Shown here: piece by piece, positions 1-15,038 of the stretch
How positions within the stretch are numbered: position 1 is the stretch's first letter
Layout of the letters: every line of letters starts with the position of its first letter
NCBI RefSeq assembly: GCF_006345805.1
Contig: NC_042997.1
Location: forward strand, 68,076,001 to 68,140,000
Direction: 5' to 3'
DNA from: Octopus sinensis
Taxonomy: Eukaryota
Length of the DNA: 64,000 nt
Made by a program: the position numbers and the translations under genes
The notes under the pieces: model-generated
Seen by the model: the letters and a program-made list of their open reading frames with translations, nothing else
What the model was told of the DNA's origin: nothing
Databases searched by the model: none

Positions 1-334
1 AGTGCTAGTGCATGCATATACAGCTGCGTGCGTGTGCACATACACGCGAGTACTGTCCAAATCTCCGACCAATCACATACAGCTAGCTGGCATTCAATTG
101 GCGTATCAAGTTTCGGGCATTTTGATTGGGATTTGGATAGAAAATTCACAAAAAAGTCACTTCTATTGATTTTTTAATGGCTTTGCGGAGTGACTGGGGA
201 AAGGTAAAGATGTGCACAACCACCCTTTGACAGTTTTAAATGACCATAGAAAGTGCGAGCCCTCTAACTAAAAAATTGTGGATTGGTATAAAGGACACAC
301 ACACACACATTTTGCCGTTTATATATATAGAGAT

Positions 335-496
335 GACAGGCTACTTTCGGTTTCCGTCTACCAGATCCATTCACAAGGTTTTGGTCGGCTCGAGGCTATA
401 GTAGAAGACACCGGCCTAAGATACCTCGCAGTGGGACTGAACCCAGAACTATGTCGTTGGTAAGCAAGCTACTTACCACACAGCCACTCCTGCGCC
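335..496 (-). mobile_element. tRNA-derived SINE, family A, 5' half
   Basis: Reverse complement reads ggcgcaggagtggctgtgtggtaag...gggttcagtcccac (A/B-box-like) ...ggtagacggaaac and aligns with the copies at 45126-45496, 46767-46930 and 52585-52985. Confidence 0.85.
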
Positions 497-1865
497 ATTG
501 TATATATATTTCGATGTTATTTTGACATCTTCGTTCTCTTCCATTTCTACGCTATTTTTCTGAGCTGCAGAGTTTAAGACTCTGTGGGTTTCGGGGTTTC
601 ATTAGAACTTACGTGTCCATTCTGAAATTGGCCACCGTTCCTTAAACATTAAGCAATACCCACAGTCACCTTTCCTTAAGCCTACTTGTGCCCCCCTTCC
701 ATACTGTAACACAAAATCATCACTAGCCAAGAATTTACGTCGTGTCCAGTATCTCTTATTGTAACGATCGCTTTATTTTGGCTTATGTACTGGGCAGCAA
801 ATGTATAGTCCGGCAGTTTCAGTCTGTATCTTTCATACAGTTTTCGTTTTAAATGGACAAGTAGTGCCATATTTATTTTCTTTTTCAAACAAGATAACTT
901 CTACTGAGCTTTACAAATTGATGCGAGAAATAATTTAATCCGATTTCATATATGACTTATACAAAGCTGTTTTATTCGCTCTCTCCTAGATTATTTCCTT
1001 TGACAAACAAGAAAATTGCAGCGAAACTGCATGACAATGGTGTCAGACATAGCATGCAGACCATCGTATAACTTATTTGGTATGTACATTGCGTTTTATT
1101 TTGGCATGCGCATTGCGTTTTAATTCTTCTCTGTTTTGCGAATCAAGTGAGCATATGCACATTGCGTGTTCATACTTCTCTTTTCGGTCCCTAATCAAAA
1201 TTGTTTACAGATCACAGCCATCTCACGAGGCTACGGTCGCGAGAGCTATTCGCGCTCCGATGGTTGTGAAGTAGTCGGGTTTTAAAATATTCTTCCATTT
1301 ATATTTCTTTCTCACTATCATACAGTCCAAAAACGCTGTGTTCATTTTATATAGAAGGAAGGTTTGTCAACCCACATTTACTTGAATAAGCCCATGTAAA
1401 AAACGCTATCATGGAAGGTTGCTACTGTCCTTTATGCCGTTATGACTTGCTGTCTTTTAATGTGTGGGAGATTTTATATCAATTGCCTATTATTTTGTAC
1501 ATTTTCTTTTTCTTGTAACTTTTAATTGTATGTTTTAAGTTTTTGTTCGTCTTCGCATTGTAATACCCTGTCATGTGGAATAAATATGTATGTTAACTAT
1601 TTTGGATATGAAATTGAAATGTGTGTGTGTATAAAAAAAAAAGCTTAGGAAACAAACCTTTTCTCTCGTGTCTAACAGAAGGTATTGAGAACAGTATCCT
1701 GTTAGTCACATACAGTTCTTTTTACAAATATTCCAAGCGTTTCATTTCATAATGCTTGAATATGAATGGCTCCAAGGCAGTATCAAAAAGACAACTTCAC
1801 ACCACGTGACTCGAATATAACAACGACGATGATGACAATAATACTCATGATGATGAAAATTATTG

Positions 1866-2056
1866 CAATTTTTTTTCTGTTATTGGTACAAGACCTGAAA
1901 TTTGGGGAAGGAGGACTAGTCTATTACATCGACCCTTTTTTGGACCCTAAAAGGATGAAAGGCAAAATCGACCTCTGCGGAACTGGGATTCAGAATGTGA
2001 AGATGGACGAAATATCGCTAAGCATTTCGCTAACGAATCTGCCAGGTTGCCGCCTT
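1866..2056 (-). mobile_element. SINE family B (core resembles the Meta-domain type), degenerate copy
   Basis: Reverse complement aaggcggcaacctggcagattcgttagc...gaggtcgattttgcctttcatcc...gactagtcc matches the three copies at 25114-25788. Confidence 0.75.
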
Positions 2057-2175
2057 AAAAAATTAATTACAATAATAATACTTTTTTGGTTCACTGGGAA
2101 ATAAAAAATTATCTTACGATTCTCATCACACAGTATGGTTTACAGAAGCATGAAGAATTGTTATCTGTCTGTTTC

Positions 2176-2176
<1 letters not shown>

Positions 2177-2273
<97 letters not shown>
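2177..2273 (+). repeat. (TATC)n microsatellite
   Basis: Pure TATC run, seen directly. Confidence 0.98.
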
Positions 2274-2594
2274 GACTGACGTGTTGTCACATCGGCTCCG
2301 AAGGTAATCGTTTATTTTGACTACTTATAGCCCTCATTTTGTGTACATTTTTGTAAATAAGGTGTGTAAAGTACCCACCTTTCGTTTGAGTGCTTTTCCA
2401 GGGGAGGAATTGGCCCCTAAGGGCAGTTTCAACCCTAATTGAATTGTATATTTTTCTTCTCGACATTAAAAAATATCGAGAAATTTTATTGTCGAACGCT
2501 GGTCAAATTCCTTCATGGACCAGCATTTCCCTAGCCTTGAAACGCTAGGAGAAAAGAGAACTCCTGCACGCACACACATTCTAATAGAACAGAC

Positions 2595-3940
<1,346 letters not shown>

Positions 3941-4108
3941 AGGGCGGTGTCGGAGCTAAGCTGTAATATGATATACTAGGAACATACGATGGTTCGCATT
4001 CCTGAAATTGACAACAGATTACGCGTTTAGTTTGCTGGATAGCCCCGACCATCCTTCTAGTAATTAAGTTAGATATTATCTTTGTAGTTCATTATTCTGG
4101 TAATAATA

Positions 4109-4433
4109 CAGGCCTGGCCAACAGGAATTGCAGGCCAGTTTAATATCAGAAAGCTTTTTGAGGACCGCTTGTATACTGACAGAATTGAAGGCATTTTATT
4201 TTCTCACGTTATTGTTACAATAATGAATGAATGATCGTTGATTTAACATGAAGTATTATCGTTGCAAAAACAGTAGTATCTTTCTTTTTTGCTTTTCATT
4301 ACAATCTTTAATTTTGTATACAATTTTTAAAATGTTTGTTTAAATAAACCCGTTTCAAGAAAGTATCAACAGGTCGCAAGATAAAAGACTGTGGGGTGCG
4401 TGCGGCCTGCGGGCCTCAGGTTGGCCAGCCCTG
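4109..4433. mobile_element. hAT (Charlie-like) MITE
   Basis: 14-bp TIRs caggcctggccaac / gttggccagccctg (1 mismatch) and a subterminal gcggcctgcgggcc motif like hAT-Charlie MITEs. Flanks taataata / taatatgc match only partly. Confidence 0.6.
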
Positions 4434-4509
4434 TAATATGCACTGGTTGAAAACTGCTTGCATTCAACTTGTTGGTTATTGACCCTAACACTGTTGAATC
4501 TAGTACCTA

Positions 4510-5028
4510 TGAATTATATCTATGTATGTACTACGCGTGTGGATATGTACAAACGTACGTACATATGTACGTATGTTTGTGTGTTTGTACGTATGCATGC
4601 ATATATGTTTGTATGCATGTATGCATGTATATATGTATATACGTATATATGTATGCATATATGTATATATGTATGTATATGTGTTTATATGTGTGTATTA
4701 TGTGTGTATGTTTGTATTATGTGTGTATGTATGCATGAGGTGTATGTATTATGTATGTGTGTGTATATGTATGCATTTATTATGTGTATGCGTGTATGTA
4801 TTATGTGTGTCTTTCTGTATATATTTATGAATGTTCCCGTCCGTTTTTAATTATTGGAAATCTTCCTCTGTGAAAGGAACTGATTTCTAATAAAGGAGCT
4901 GGTTTCCACTGCCCTACTCATTAGTCACTATGTTGTTGGACTCACAATGTTCCTAAAAGAATTCGTTGAGGCAGCTTGTGTACAATTTGTACACAATGCA
5001 AGCAATGGACCTGCCAATTCGGTCCATG

Positions 5029-5060
<32 letters not shown>

Positions 5061-5516
5061 TGTATGTATGTATGGATGGATGGATGCATGGATGGATATA
5101 TGGATGCATGCATGCATCCATGATGTATGTATGTATGTCTTTATATACGCATCCATACATGCGCATATATACAGGTGTATATAATGGCAAAAATGGTTGG
5201 AGTGTATGCGCCTCTACATTGGTGATCACGATACAAGGCTCGTAGCTTTGATGGTCATAGTAATCCTAGATCTGTAGGGTTCCTTGATTGGCCCTGGTTG
5301 GAGTTTCTTTTGTGCCAAGAGGACTGCTTCATTCACGTTATCACATACTTTGTATGTGTACATAAATACATGCACATTATACGTACATACAAACACACAC
5401 ATAATATATATATACATGCACATCATACATACATACAAACTTACATACGTATGTACATACATATACACACACATAATACATACATACATACATACATACA
5501 TACATACATACATACA

Positions 5517-5550
<34 letters not shown>

Positions 5551-5580
5551 CATACATGCATATATACATACAGGCATACA
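4510..5580. repeat. Cluster of compound TG/TA/TATG/TACA microsatellites
   Basis: Three degenerate simple-repeat blocks (about 4510-4830, 5027-5160, 5350-5580). Confidence 0.9.
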
Positions 5581-5619
5581 CATTTCATTGTATTTTCGAT
5601 TTCTTTCTACCAATCGTTT

Positions 5620-7540
5620 ATGGAAATCCCCACACAAATTGCTGTCTGTCCTTGTGATATCCCCTCCATCTATACCCGGTGGTAAATAAAAAGAAACAAT
5701 AATCATCTCACACTTGCTCTACATGGATGACCTGAAATTATGTGCAAAAGATGACAGGGGGCTGAAAGGGCTACCAGTAATTGTGAAAAAATTCAGCGAT
5801 GACATAAATACAGAATTTGACATTGACAAGTGTGAAAAAGCTTCGTTAAAACGTGTTAAACTGCCAGTTAATATCACGACCCAACTTGATCATGATACAC
5901 CTTATCAAGGACCTGGACCAAGAAAGAGTTTAAAAGTATCTTGAGATACACGAAGGGAAAGGGATTCAACACGGATCAATGAAAGAGAATATCAGGAGTT
6001 TTATAGACGTGTCAGAAAGGTCCTGAATACTGAGCTGAACTCTCAGAATAGAATTGAAGCTATAAGCTCCCTGATGATTCCAGTTATCTAGTACAGCCTT
6101 AATGTCATCACCTGGAATCTGAGTAATCTCTAGCGCATAGGCATAAAGACCAGGAAACTTCTGACACTAAACAGGATGCCTCACCCAAAATCAGACGTCT
6201 CCCACGAAAGAAAGGCGGCAGAAGCCTAATCCAGCTTGAAACGTCCTATAAAACGACCACGATAGGACTCCAAGTGTACATCTAAAGTAACACCGACTGA
6301 ATGATACAACTAATAAGGCAACAAGAACATAGTAAGAAACTGCACTCAATCTCAAAGCGTGCATATAGATACATCATCATCATCGTTGTTCGACCGTGGT
6401 CGAGACAATGGAATTTACCATGCTACGCCAGACTTCACGGTCCATCATGGCATTACGGAGGTCCTGTTGCTGGATGCCTGTATCCCTGGAGATTACACCA
6501 GGGTAGGAGAGTGTGCGCCCTCTGGTATTGCGAGTAGATGGCTTCCAGAGGAGAAGAGTAGAAATTGCCTCGTTTTCAGCTCTACAACAATGTCCAGCAA
6601 ACTGGTCTCTCCTACCTTTCACAAGAGATGACACAGGTGGTAGTTTCCCATATATTTGCATTTGCAAATATATAGATACAGATGAGAACTGAACCTCCCC
6701 AAATATGAAGATGATAAAGAAGACACATCATTCACGAAAGCAGCAAAAAATGTAAAACAGGGGCTAAACAGGGAAGCTTGAAGTTAATATCGAGAAAAAT
6801 TATTGCATGGGAAGCTGACGTAGACATAAGAACTCATCAGTGGTTATAGCCAAAACAAGGATTTATCCTTGCGGCACGAAATCAGAGTCTCCTCACTCGG
6901 AATTAGGAAGCTAATGTTACACACAATGAGGTTGGCACAAAGTGTAGACTCCGCAGTGACAAACTGGGGAGTATTGACCACACTGTTGCCGGTTGTACAG
7001 TCCTTGCCCCAACAGAATATAAAACCAGGGATGCCGTCCTTATGATATCCTGCACCTTAAGAACTAGTATAAACACCATCCGGAGCCAGTCACTGAAGGA
7101 GAGGATGTTACCATCCTATGGGATTATGGGATACATACACACAGGCAAATAAATGGTAACAGATCAGACATCGTCATCAAAGAAATAACACAAAAAACAT
7201 GTCTGTTAATTGATATGGCAGTACATTCAGATAGAAACATCTCAGCGAAGGAATCTGAAAAACTGTCGAAACGACCTTGAGACAGATATCTAAGACGTGG
7301 CAATTAAAAACCAAAACCATCCCTGTTGTTGTAGATGCCCTGAGAATGATCAAGAAAGGTAGTGATAAATTTCTTTACCAGATCCCTGGGGAACCAACTG
7401 TCTATGAAACCAAAAAATTCTGTTGACATCAACCACCCATATTCTCAGGAAGCTCCTCTCCATCTAATATAGAGGTGCTTTAAGTCTCTGGTTGAGACCC
7501 TGTCAGAAGATGAAATAAAATGCAAATCAATCAGAAAATA
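5620..7540 (+). mobile_element. R4/Dong-clade non-LTR retrotransposon (RT plus restriction-like endonuclease), 5'-truncated and decayed
   Basis: HLLYMDDLKL; ELNSQNRIEAISSLMIPVI; KCRLRSDKLGSIDHTVAGC (decayed CCHC); NRSDIVIKEITQKTCLLIDMAVHSDRNISAKESEKLSK (PD-(D/E)xK nuclease). Ends in (AAT)n; many stops and frameshifts. Confidence 0.85.
6374..6669 (-). mobile_element. 5'-truncated RTE-type LINE 3' end nested in the R4 element
   Basis: Minus-strand ORF ...LPPVSSLVKGRRDQFAGHC...DLRNAMMDREVWRSMV, a (GAT)n tail, and an 11-bp TSD atatagataca at 6363-6373 and 6670-6680. Confidence 0.85.
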
Positions 7541-7616
7541 ATAATAATAATTTCCACATTATTACTATTATAAAATAATAATAATAATAATGTGGAAATT
7601 ATTATTATTATTATTA

Positions 7617-7665
<49 letters not shown>

Positions 7666-7667
<2 letters not shown>

Positions 7668-8580
7668 GTGGAAATTATTGACTGGAATACTCGCAGAGTC
7701 AATGTACGAACATCTGGAAAAAATGGAGTCCTGCCACATGAGCAGAAGGGTTGCAAGCGTAAGTTGCAGAGGTACCAAGGATCAACTCCTGATAGACAAA
7801 ACTGTACTTAGATACTGCAAGAAGAGGAAAAGCAACTTAGCTACGTCATAGATCGACTATCGTAAGGCGTACGATATGATCCCACACTCTTGGATAACGG
7901 AATGTATGAACCTATTTGGTATTGCAACGAATGTTGAGTGATTGCTTCGAAAAAGTATGGCGTATGGGAGGATGAACCTAACAGCATATGGAAGAAGTTT
8001 AGGGACAGTAGACATCAGGTGGGGTATCTTCTAAGGGGACTGCCTGTCCCCACTGATCTTTGTACTGTTCTTGATACCACAAACACTGATTCTGAGGAAA
8101 GAAAAAGCCGAGTATGTATTCAAAAGCCGCCAACAAAAAATTAACCATTTGTTATTCATGGATGATCTCAAAATTTATGGTAAAGATGAAGCTCAGGTCA
8201 GTTCCCTTGTTGATACGGTGTATACATTCAGTGCTGATATCAGAATAGAATTCGGACTGATAAAGTGTGGTGTGTTAGTCTTGAAGAGAGGCTAAATCAA
8301 ATGTATGGACGGGTTATCGATACTGTCGGGAGAGGTTATAAAGCAGATAGAAGAGACAGGCTATAAGTACTTGGGGATTTTGGAAATGGACAAATTTATG
8401 GAGAAAGAAATGACAGAAAAATTTAAGGTGGAGTACTTGCGCAGATTAGATATGGGACACTCCACCCAAAAAGTGACACAGACAGACTATATGCACCAAG
8501 AAAAATAGGAGGAAGAGAACTTATTGGATACGAACACAGCATTAGAGAAGAAGAAAGCAACATAGTATGGTATGTAAACC
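7666..8580 (+). mobile_element. Second R4/Dong-clade element, RT fragment with an internal deletion
   Basis: [11 protein letters not shown]...[11 protein letters not shown]...IDYRKAYDMIPHSW...GDCLSPLIF...INHLLFMDDLKIYGK...YKYLGILE, broken by stops. Confidence 0.85.
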
Positions 8581-10172
8581 CGGTGTTTAGGGTTAGGTTT
8601 ACGCCGAAAATGGGTGGTGTACGTATTCTTTACCTCTGCCTATTTATGTATGTGTATATGAAAGATGTGTGTGAGAGAGAGGGAAAGAGAAAGAGAGCGA
8701 GTGAGTGACGCTTACACATACATGCAAAAATATTCATACATCACAACACACACCTTCACTGACTGACTGACACACTCACTCACTCTTTTTTCACTCTCTC
8801 TCTCTCTCTCACACACACACATGTCCATTTCAATACACGTACATCATTCACTTTCTCCTCTCATTTACTTTCTCCTTTTCCTTCAAAGCAAATATCACCT
8901 TTTCTCTTATCCTCTCTTTCAATTTCTGCTCTCTTCAAAGCATAAATACATTAAAAGAATGTTATGGAAATTAACGAACAATCATATGATCCTCTATATG
9001 TCGAATTGACAACTTTGTTTCTTCACATAAAAGAATGCGTTAAAATAACTTCCTTTGACACGCACACATATGCACATACACACATTCTAAGTAAAACTTC
9101 TGTGCGAATTATGTTATTTCTTGCAGTTTGCACGCGCAAATTTAAATGGTCTTTTTCTATTATGTAATTTGTGTTTGTGATGAGCATATTTAAAAACCTG
9201 GTCTTCGATATAAACTTAAAAGGAAGTTTTCCCAGGAATCCTGTCCTTTACCTCTTCTTTCTAGCATGTCCGAGGTGACATTTCTGCTTTATCACCTTAT
9301 TTTCCCCTAAGTTTCTTCCGATTCATATGTTTGCGTTACAGGACCTTAAGATTTCACCCACAAAACACATTCTCAATATTTTAATTTTCTCCCTCTCCAC
9401 ACCAAATTCACATTTTACTTTTTTCAAATATTTTTTCTTGGTAATCCATGGAGAAAAAACAGAGAGTACGAATCTTTAAGAATTTTACCCATCACCTCAC
9501 CACTTTCAAAGAGCTACACACTCCCAATGTTTCACTTTTAGCTTTTTGGAAAGCAGGGAAGTTTCTTCAGAAATAATGTCATTTACCTGTTGTTTCTAGC
9601 ATGTCGGGTTTTCTGGCGGTGGTCTGGTATTTTTAAAGTTTGCTATTTCAATAGAATTCTACGCATGCAGGAAACATCAGACAAAAGTGAAAGCGAGTAG
9701 GTGATGAGTGAGCGAGGTAGAGGAAGGGGCATTGAGTGTTTCTTTAAGAAAAATTAAACTATAAAAAATATATGTATTTCTCAGATTCGTAATCTCTGTA
9801 TTTTTCTACGTAGATAACAAAAACAAAAAAAAGGAAAAAAATCGAAAAAGTTTCAAATTTAGAAATTGCAGTGAAGATGGGGGGAAAATTAAAATTTTGA
9901 AAACGTGATTTCTGAACAAAATCCTATTTACCCCCTTTTATTCAATGAAACAATAAATAGTTTGTGATCCTTCTTAAGAACAGAAAGTACTTTCATGAAA
10001 ACCCATGCAAATTGTACCCTCTCACTTCACTTTTAAACAAACAATAACTTCCATTATCCATTAATTATATATCAGCTGTGCCGATTCTGCCCATAAGAAA
10101 GGAGCAAATAATACAAAGTGCCTGTAGCTCATAACACCCGGCCAACTCCGGGATGCATCAAGGAAGGACAAT

Positions 10173-10251
10173 CTTATCGGTTCATTTAAATGAGTTTTAT
10201 GGTGAAGCTTATTTCGTTTCACCATGAAACTAATTTAAATGAATTGATAAG
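10173..10251 (+). ncRNA. Candidate pre-miRNA-like hairpin
   Basis: 36-bp stem (31 Watson-Crick, 4 G-U, 1 mismatch) with a 7-nt loop; pairing checked base by base. Confidence 0.35.
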
Positions 10252-10456
10252 CTTTTCCTGGCTTGATTTTGTTTAACTCTTGTTTAAATTATGCTTGCCG
10301 ACTCGGAGGTAGACTGCGGATCCCCGGTTCCCTCCCTACTGGCCGGTGGCTACCATAACTCCAGTCCCGGTTGTGAACTTGGATCCTATCCTAATAGTTT
10401 ATCAATTGGAGGACTCAGACCGCATACCTATTAATTTAGATCACCAGTGACCTAAA

Positions 10457-10554
<98 letters not shown>

Positions 10555-11443
10555 TTGGGGATGTGCGTGGGAGTGCCTTTTACTGGTTAAAACATTTATG
10601 TTTTTTTTTTACATTTTCATTAGTGGGTTGTGCTTATGATTGCTCACAAGAGTGTTTCTGAAGTACGTACAAATTGGATGCAAGTATAAATTTGTTCATA
10701 ATTTTCTGTGTACACATTCCTTTCCATTTACTTTTGACGAAATGTAAACATTTATGAGACAAGTGACTTCCATAATAGTATATTGTTTTATCTCACATAA
10801 AACTGTTTGAATTTTATTGATATTTTGCTAAGTATACAGGTATACTTAACGCTCCGTTATATCATAGATATTTCGATGCTCGAAAATAATCTAAGAGTTA
10901 TATTAAATAATATTTTGGACCTTACATTATGCCTCATAATTAGATAGTGTTGTTGCGATAGATATTAAAGAAGCCTGTCATATTCTTGTGTTCCTTGTGT
11001 ACCTTGCTATCTGCTCTGGGTTTATTACATATCCATTATATAGGCGAGTCGATTATTATATAGCCTTACGTTGTCGCTCAACGTGGTAGAAATAATAACC
11101 AATTTCTATCAAATACCCACTGCCGTCTTCAACAGAGGAAGAGTACATCAGCACAATGTATTCTCTTAAATACAGATTAGTTGGTCGTGATTGTAATGTC
11201 TTGAATCATAGCACTTCTTCAAGGGAGCAGGCTTATCTGAAATACTTCACTATTTGAGAGAAAAAGCTTACCAGATCGAAAGATTACTATGGTCAGAGAT
11301 CATACAGATTATTGGGATCATCCATGCTGCTGTTCAGCTGAATGTTACTTAAATCATTGTCCTGTACGACTAACTGTAGATAAGTGACTAGACTTTGTTA
11401 AGCTGTTTAACACCTCTGGGTATAAATATCTGCTGTCTGTCCG

Positions 11444-11570
<127 letters not shown>

Positions 11571-14500
11571 ACTCTTAGTGGGGGATTGGAATGCTACCTT
11601 GGACACGCATGTAGACTACGTGGGTAGAGATAGGAATAGACGGGGATGCAAATGCCTCAGAGACCTGCTCAGACGCTTTCAACTGTCTGACAGGTTCCGA
11701 CTAGACCACCCGAATGCGCCAACGTGGACATGGAGCAACCGCATCGGGTCGTCGAGATCGCATCTAGATAGGATACTGTGTAGGACAGTAGATAGAGATA
11801 GCATAGGATGTCCACAATTCCACATAGTCAGCTACACGGATCACAAACTTGTGACATGTACGCTAGACTTAGGTAAGACACTTAGGCAGGGTCCCGGATA
11901 CTGGAAACTAAACGCGTCTTTCCCATCGAGACAAGTTTTCAGAGACCGGATTAGCACACTAGTAAAGAGGGCTTTGACGGGAGCCATCATCAACAACAAA
12001 TGGTGGTTTGCCCTCAAGAGAGCAGTAAAAGCAGAAGCGATTAGGTACAGCAAAGCACTAGCCATAGATAGAAATAGAGTAGAGGGTGAGCTAGTTAAGA
12101 AGCTAGAAGAGGCAATTAGAAGCGGCATCGCATCCGACGTTTTGGCGGCGAGGTTGGCCCTCGACCAACACTTCAACGCCAAACACGAAGGATGTGCTGT
12201 CAGAGCTAGGATGCGTGCTCTAAGGAACGAAGGTGTTGGAGCCGCGAGAGAGGCCCGGGTGGCAGAGGCGCAACAGGGCAACAAAGCCACCATTCGGTCA
12301 CTGGTAGATGAACAGGGGCGCGAATTGCTCGAGCCAAGTAAAATGTGTGAGGCCTTTCAGCAGCATTTTGCCCGACTGTTCGGAACGAGTGGAGGGCAAG
12401 AACGTAGGGTGGACTTCAGTGCCTACCTACATAGCCTACCACGACTCTCGACAAGAAAGGCAGGGTGCTGCGAAGGTGCCATCACGGCGGCGGAAGTGCG
12501 GGAAGCGATGGCAGAATGCTCGAGGGACAAATCACCGGGTTTGGATGGTCTGCCCTACGAGCTTTACAATTGTATGCCAGACTTGTTTGGAGATCTCTTG
12601 GCGGCGGTGTACTGCAACTGGCAGCAAAACGGGAGCATTCCTGGTTTTGTGAGCCGAGGAGCCGTAACACTGCTGAAGAAAGATCTAAACAAGGGAAATG
12701 TAATAGATAACTTTAGGCCCATCACTCTGCTTAATGCAGACTTGAAAATTTTGGCCAAGGTGCTAGCCAAGAGGTTGGCGCTTGTCATCGAGAAACTGGT
12801 CGACAAGGCGCAAACATGCGCCGTGCCAGGCCGGACCATCCATGACAACCTCCATCTGATGCGCTACATCATAGACAGGGTAGTTAACGAACCTGGCATG
12901 GGTGGGGCCCTGATCAACTTGGATCAATCGAAAGCCTTTGATAGGGTAGACCATCGATACTTGGCGGCAGTCCTGAGAGCGGCTGGTTTCGGTCCCGTCT
13001 TCCGCGGCTGGATAGCTGCCTTGTACAGAGGCATCCGTTCGGTAATTCGCGTAAATGGACATCTATCGAGACCTTTCGACATTGCACGTTCGGTCCGTCA
13101 GGGATGCCCCCTCTCGGCGCTTCTATACGTATTGACTCTTGAGCCACTACTGCGGAAGCTGGCGACTCTAAGGGGCATCCCGCGAGAATTGGGATGCGGG
13201 ACGAGCGTGTCTGCATACGCGGACGACGTCACCGTCATAGTGTCTAGCCACGAGCACATCGAGCTGGTCGGCGAGACACTGAAAAACTACGAAGCGGTGA
13301 CAGGAGCGAAAATCAACCGGGAAAAGTCAGTGGGCTTGCGACTAGGCACCTGGAGAAGCAAGCCCATGCCGTCCACCAGCGCCTCCGTCGTGGGACGCTG
13401 GACCGACGGCCCGGTTGAGTTGCTCGGGGTCTGGTTTGGTCCGGACCTCCAAGTGGAGAAGAACTGGAACGAGATAACGAGTAGGGTGGTCACTCTCGCC
13501 CGGCAATGGGCCGAGAGGAAACTGTCCCTAAAAGGTCGAGCGGAGGTGGCGAACACGTACATCGCGTCCGTCATCTACTACCGCCTGACCGTCGTACCTT
13601 GTCCCGACCCTACCATCACCAAACTACAACGCATCCTCTTTCGCTTCTTGTGGAAAGGATGCGTCCCGATGGTCAGGCGATCCATTTGCTGTCAACACCC
13701 GTTAAAAGGAGGGCTGGGCATGCCGTGGTTGATGATGCGCAGACACGCGCTGAGACTGCGACATCTCTGGCTCTATGTAGACGACGGTGAACAGGTGTGG
13801 TCGCCGTTTGTGAGGCACGCTTTCCCGCAGCTCGTCTCCATGACCGAACTGCAGTCGTGGATCAAAAAGAGGCCGAGGAAGGGCGAATGGCACCGCGAGT
13901 GTCGCGTTGCTCTCAAGCAACTCTGCCGTCCTGGGTCGACCTTAAGTGACTTCAACACAACCAAAGCATTCTATAGGGGTTTAGTGGAGGGGAGGTACGA
14001 CGACGAGCTCGGGGCGAACCTGGACGTCGACGAGGAGTACCTGACCCGCCTGTTCGGGACGACTGTTCAGGGCCCATGGACAACTTCCAGAGATCCCTGG
14101 CCTGGCAGTGCTACCGAGAAGCGCTACCCGTTCGGGATAAGCTCTACAGACACGGCTCGAGAAACACGGGGCCGACCTGCCCGAGATGCGGTCAGAGCGA
14201 CGAAACCGTTCTGCACGCACTCGTTCAGTGTCCAACAATTTCCGACCTGTGGGCTTATGTCGAACAACTGCTGTCACGTGTGGGACGAGTCGGTTTATCA
14301 GCTGAGTCTATCGTCAATATTGTCACGCCTCCTTCCTTCAAACGGGAAGGAAGAGCTATTTTCATCATCCTTGTGGCTATGGCGAAAGAATGTATCTGGT
14401 GGACGCGTCTGAAAGGATTGGAGACAAACACTTTCCTCTCTGGTCAATCTCTCATCAACTTCTTCAAGTACCACTTGAAAAGGAAAGTGAGAGTAGAGAG

Positions 14501-14944
14501 GCAAGTTTTGTCTAGCGAATGTTTTAAAAAAAGATTGGTGAATGTAGCAAGGATGGCACGTATGAATGACGAAGCCACCTTGAGCATAATCCTATGAACC
14601 TAGAAAATTTAAAACAGAGGGTTACCTACTTGCAAACAAATGTGGTAACATGTAATATCATTAACCGAGGTTACCGTGGTCTTTTTCGTAGGCTTTTCTT
14701 CCCACGGATAAACCTTATCTGCTTCCCCCTTACACTTTACACCATGACACTGTGATACATGATCCCTATTGATCGTTTTTTTCCCTTTTTTTCCCTTTTT
14801 TATCCTTTTTCTTCTTTCCCTTTTACGATCCCTTTTGATCGAAAACCTAACCCACCCCCCTTTTTTCTTCTCCCCCAAAAAGAAAAGCTCTATTTTGTAA
14901 TCTGTCCCGTCTGTGTGCAGCCCTGTGTGGCTAATAAAGAAACA
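11571..14944 (+). mobile_element. Tx1/L1-clade LINE, 5'-truncated within the APE endonuclease, with 3' UTR
   Basis: LVGDWNATLD, SHLDRILC, TDHKLV (APE); GPGYWKLN; KSPGLDGLP, NFRPITLLNADLKIL, LDQSKAFDRVDH, VRQGCPLS, YADDV (RT); CPRCGQSDETVLHALVQC (CCHC). 3' UTR 14598-14944 ends in aataaagaaac. Confidence 0.95.
11572..14597 (+). pseudogene. Tx1 ORF2 (APE-RT-zinc finger), open for about 830 codons, then one frameshift near 14060
   Basis: ORF 11395..14412 supplies APE and RT. The zinc-finger end continues in the frame of ORF 14076..14597. Confidence 0.85.

Positions 14945-15038
<94 letters not shown>
14945..15038 (+). repeat. (TATC)n microsatellite, 3' flank of the Tx1
   Basis: Seen directly; same strand as the 5' flank. 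Confidence 0.98.

Noticed and set aside
682-888. Minus-strand ORF with HLKRKLYER, faintly like the Tx1 ORF2 C-terminus
   Set aside because: Similarity is limited to a few residues; no tail or other motif supports it.
4458-5706. Many 60-150 aa ORFs rich in YI, HT, CV, MYV or IYLS repeats here and across the window
   Set aside because: Translations of di- and tetranucleotide microsatellites that lack stops; no coding signal.
6071-6077. Other CTGANGA hits (also 41965-41971 minus, and near 8090, 40165, 40990 and 63190)
   Set aside because: No stem II plus GAAA plus stem I context; most lie in transposon coding sequence.
8587-8597. Interstitial telomeric TTAGGG
   Set aside because: Fewer than two full units; expected by chance.
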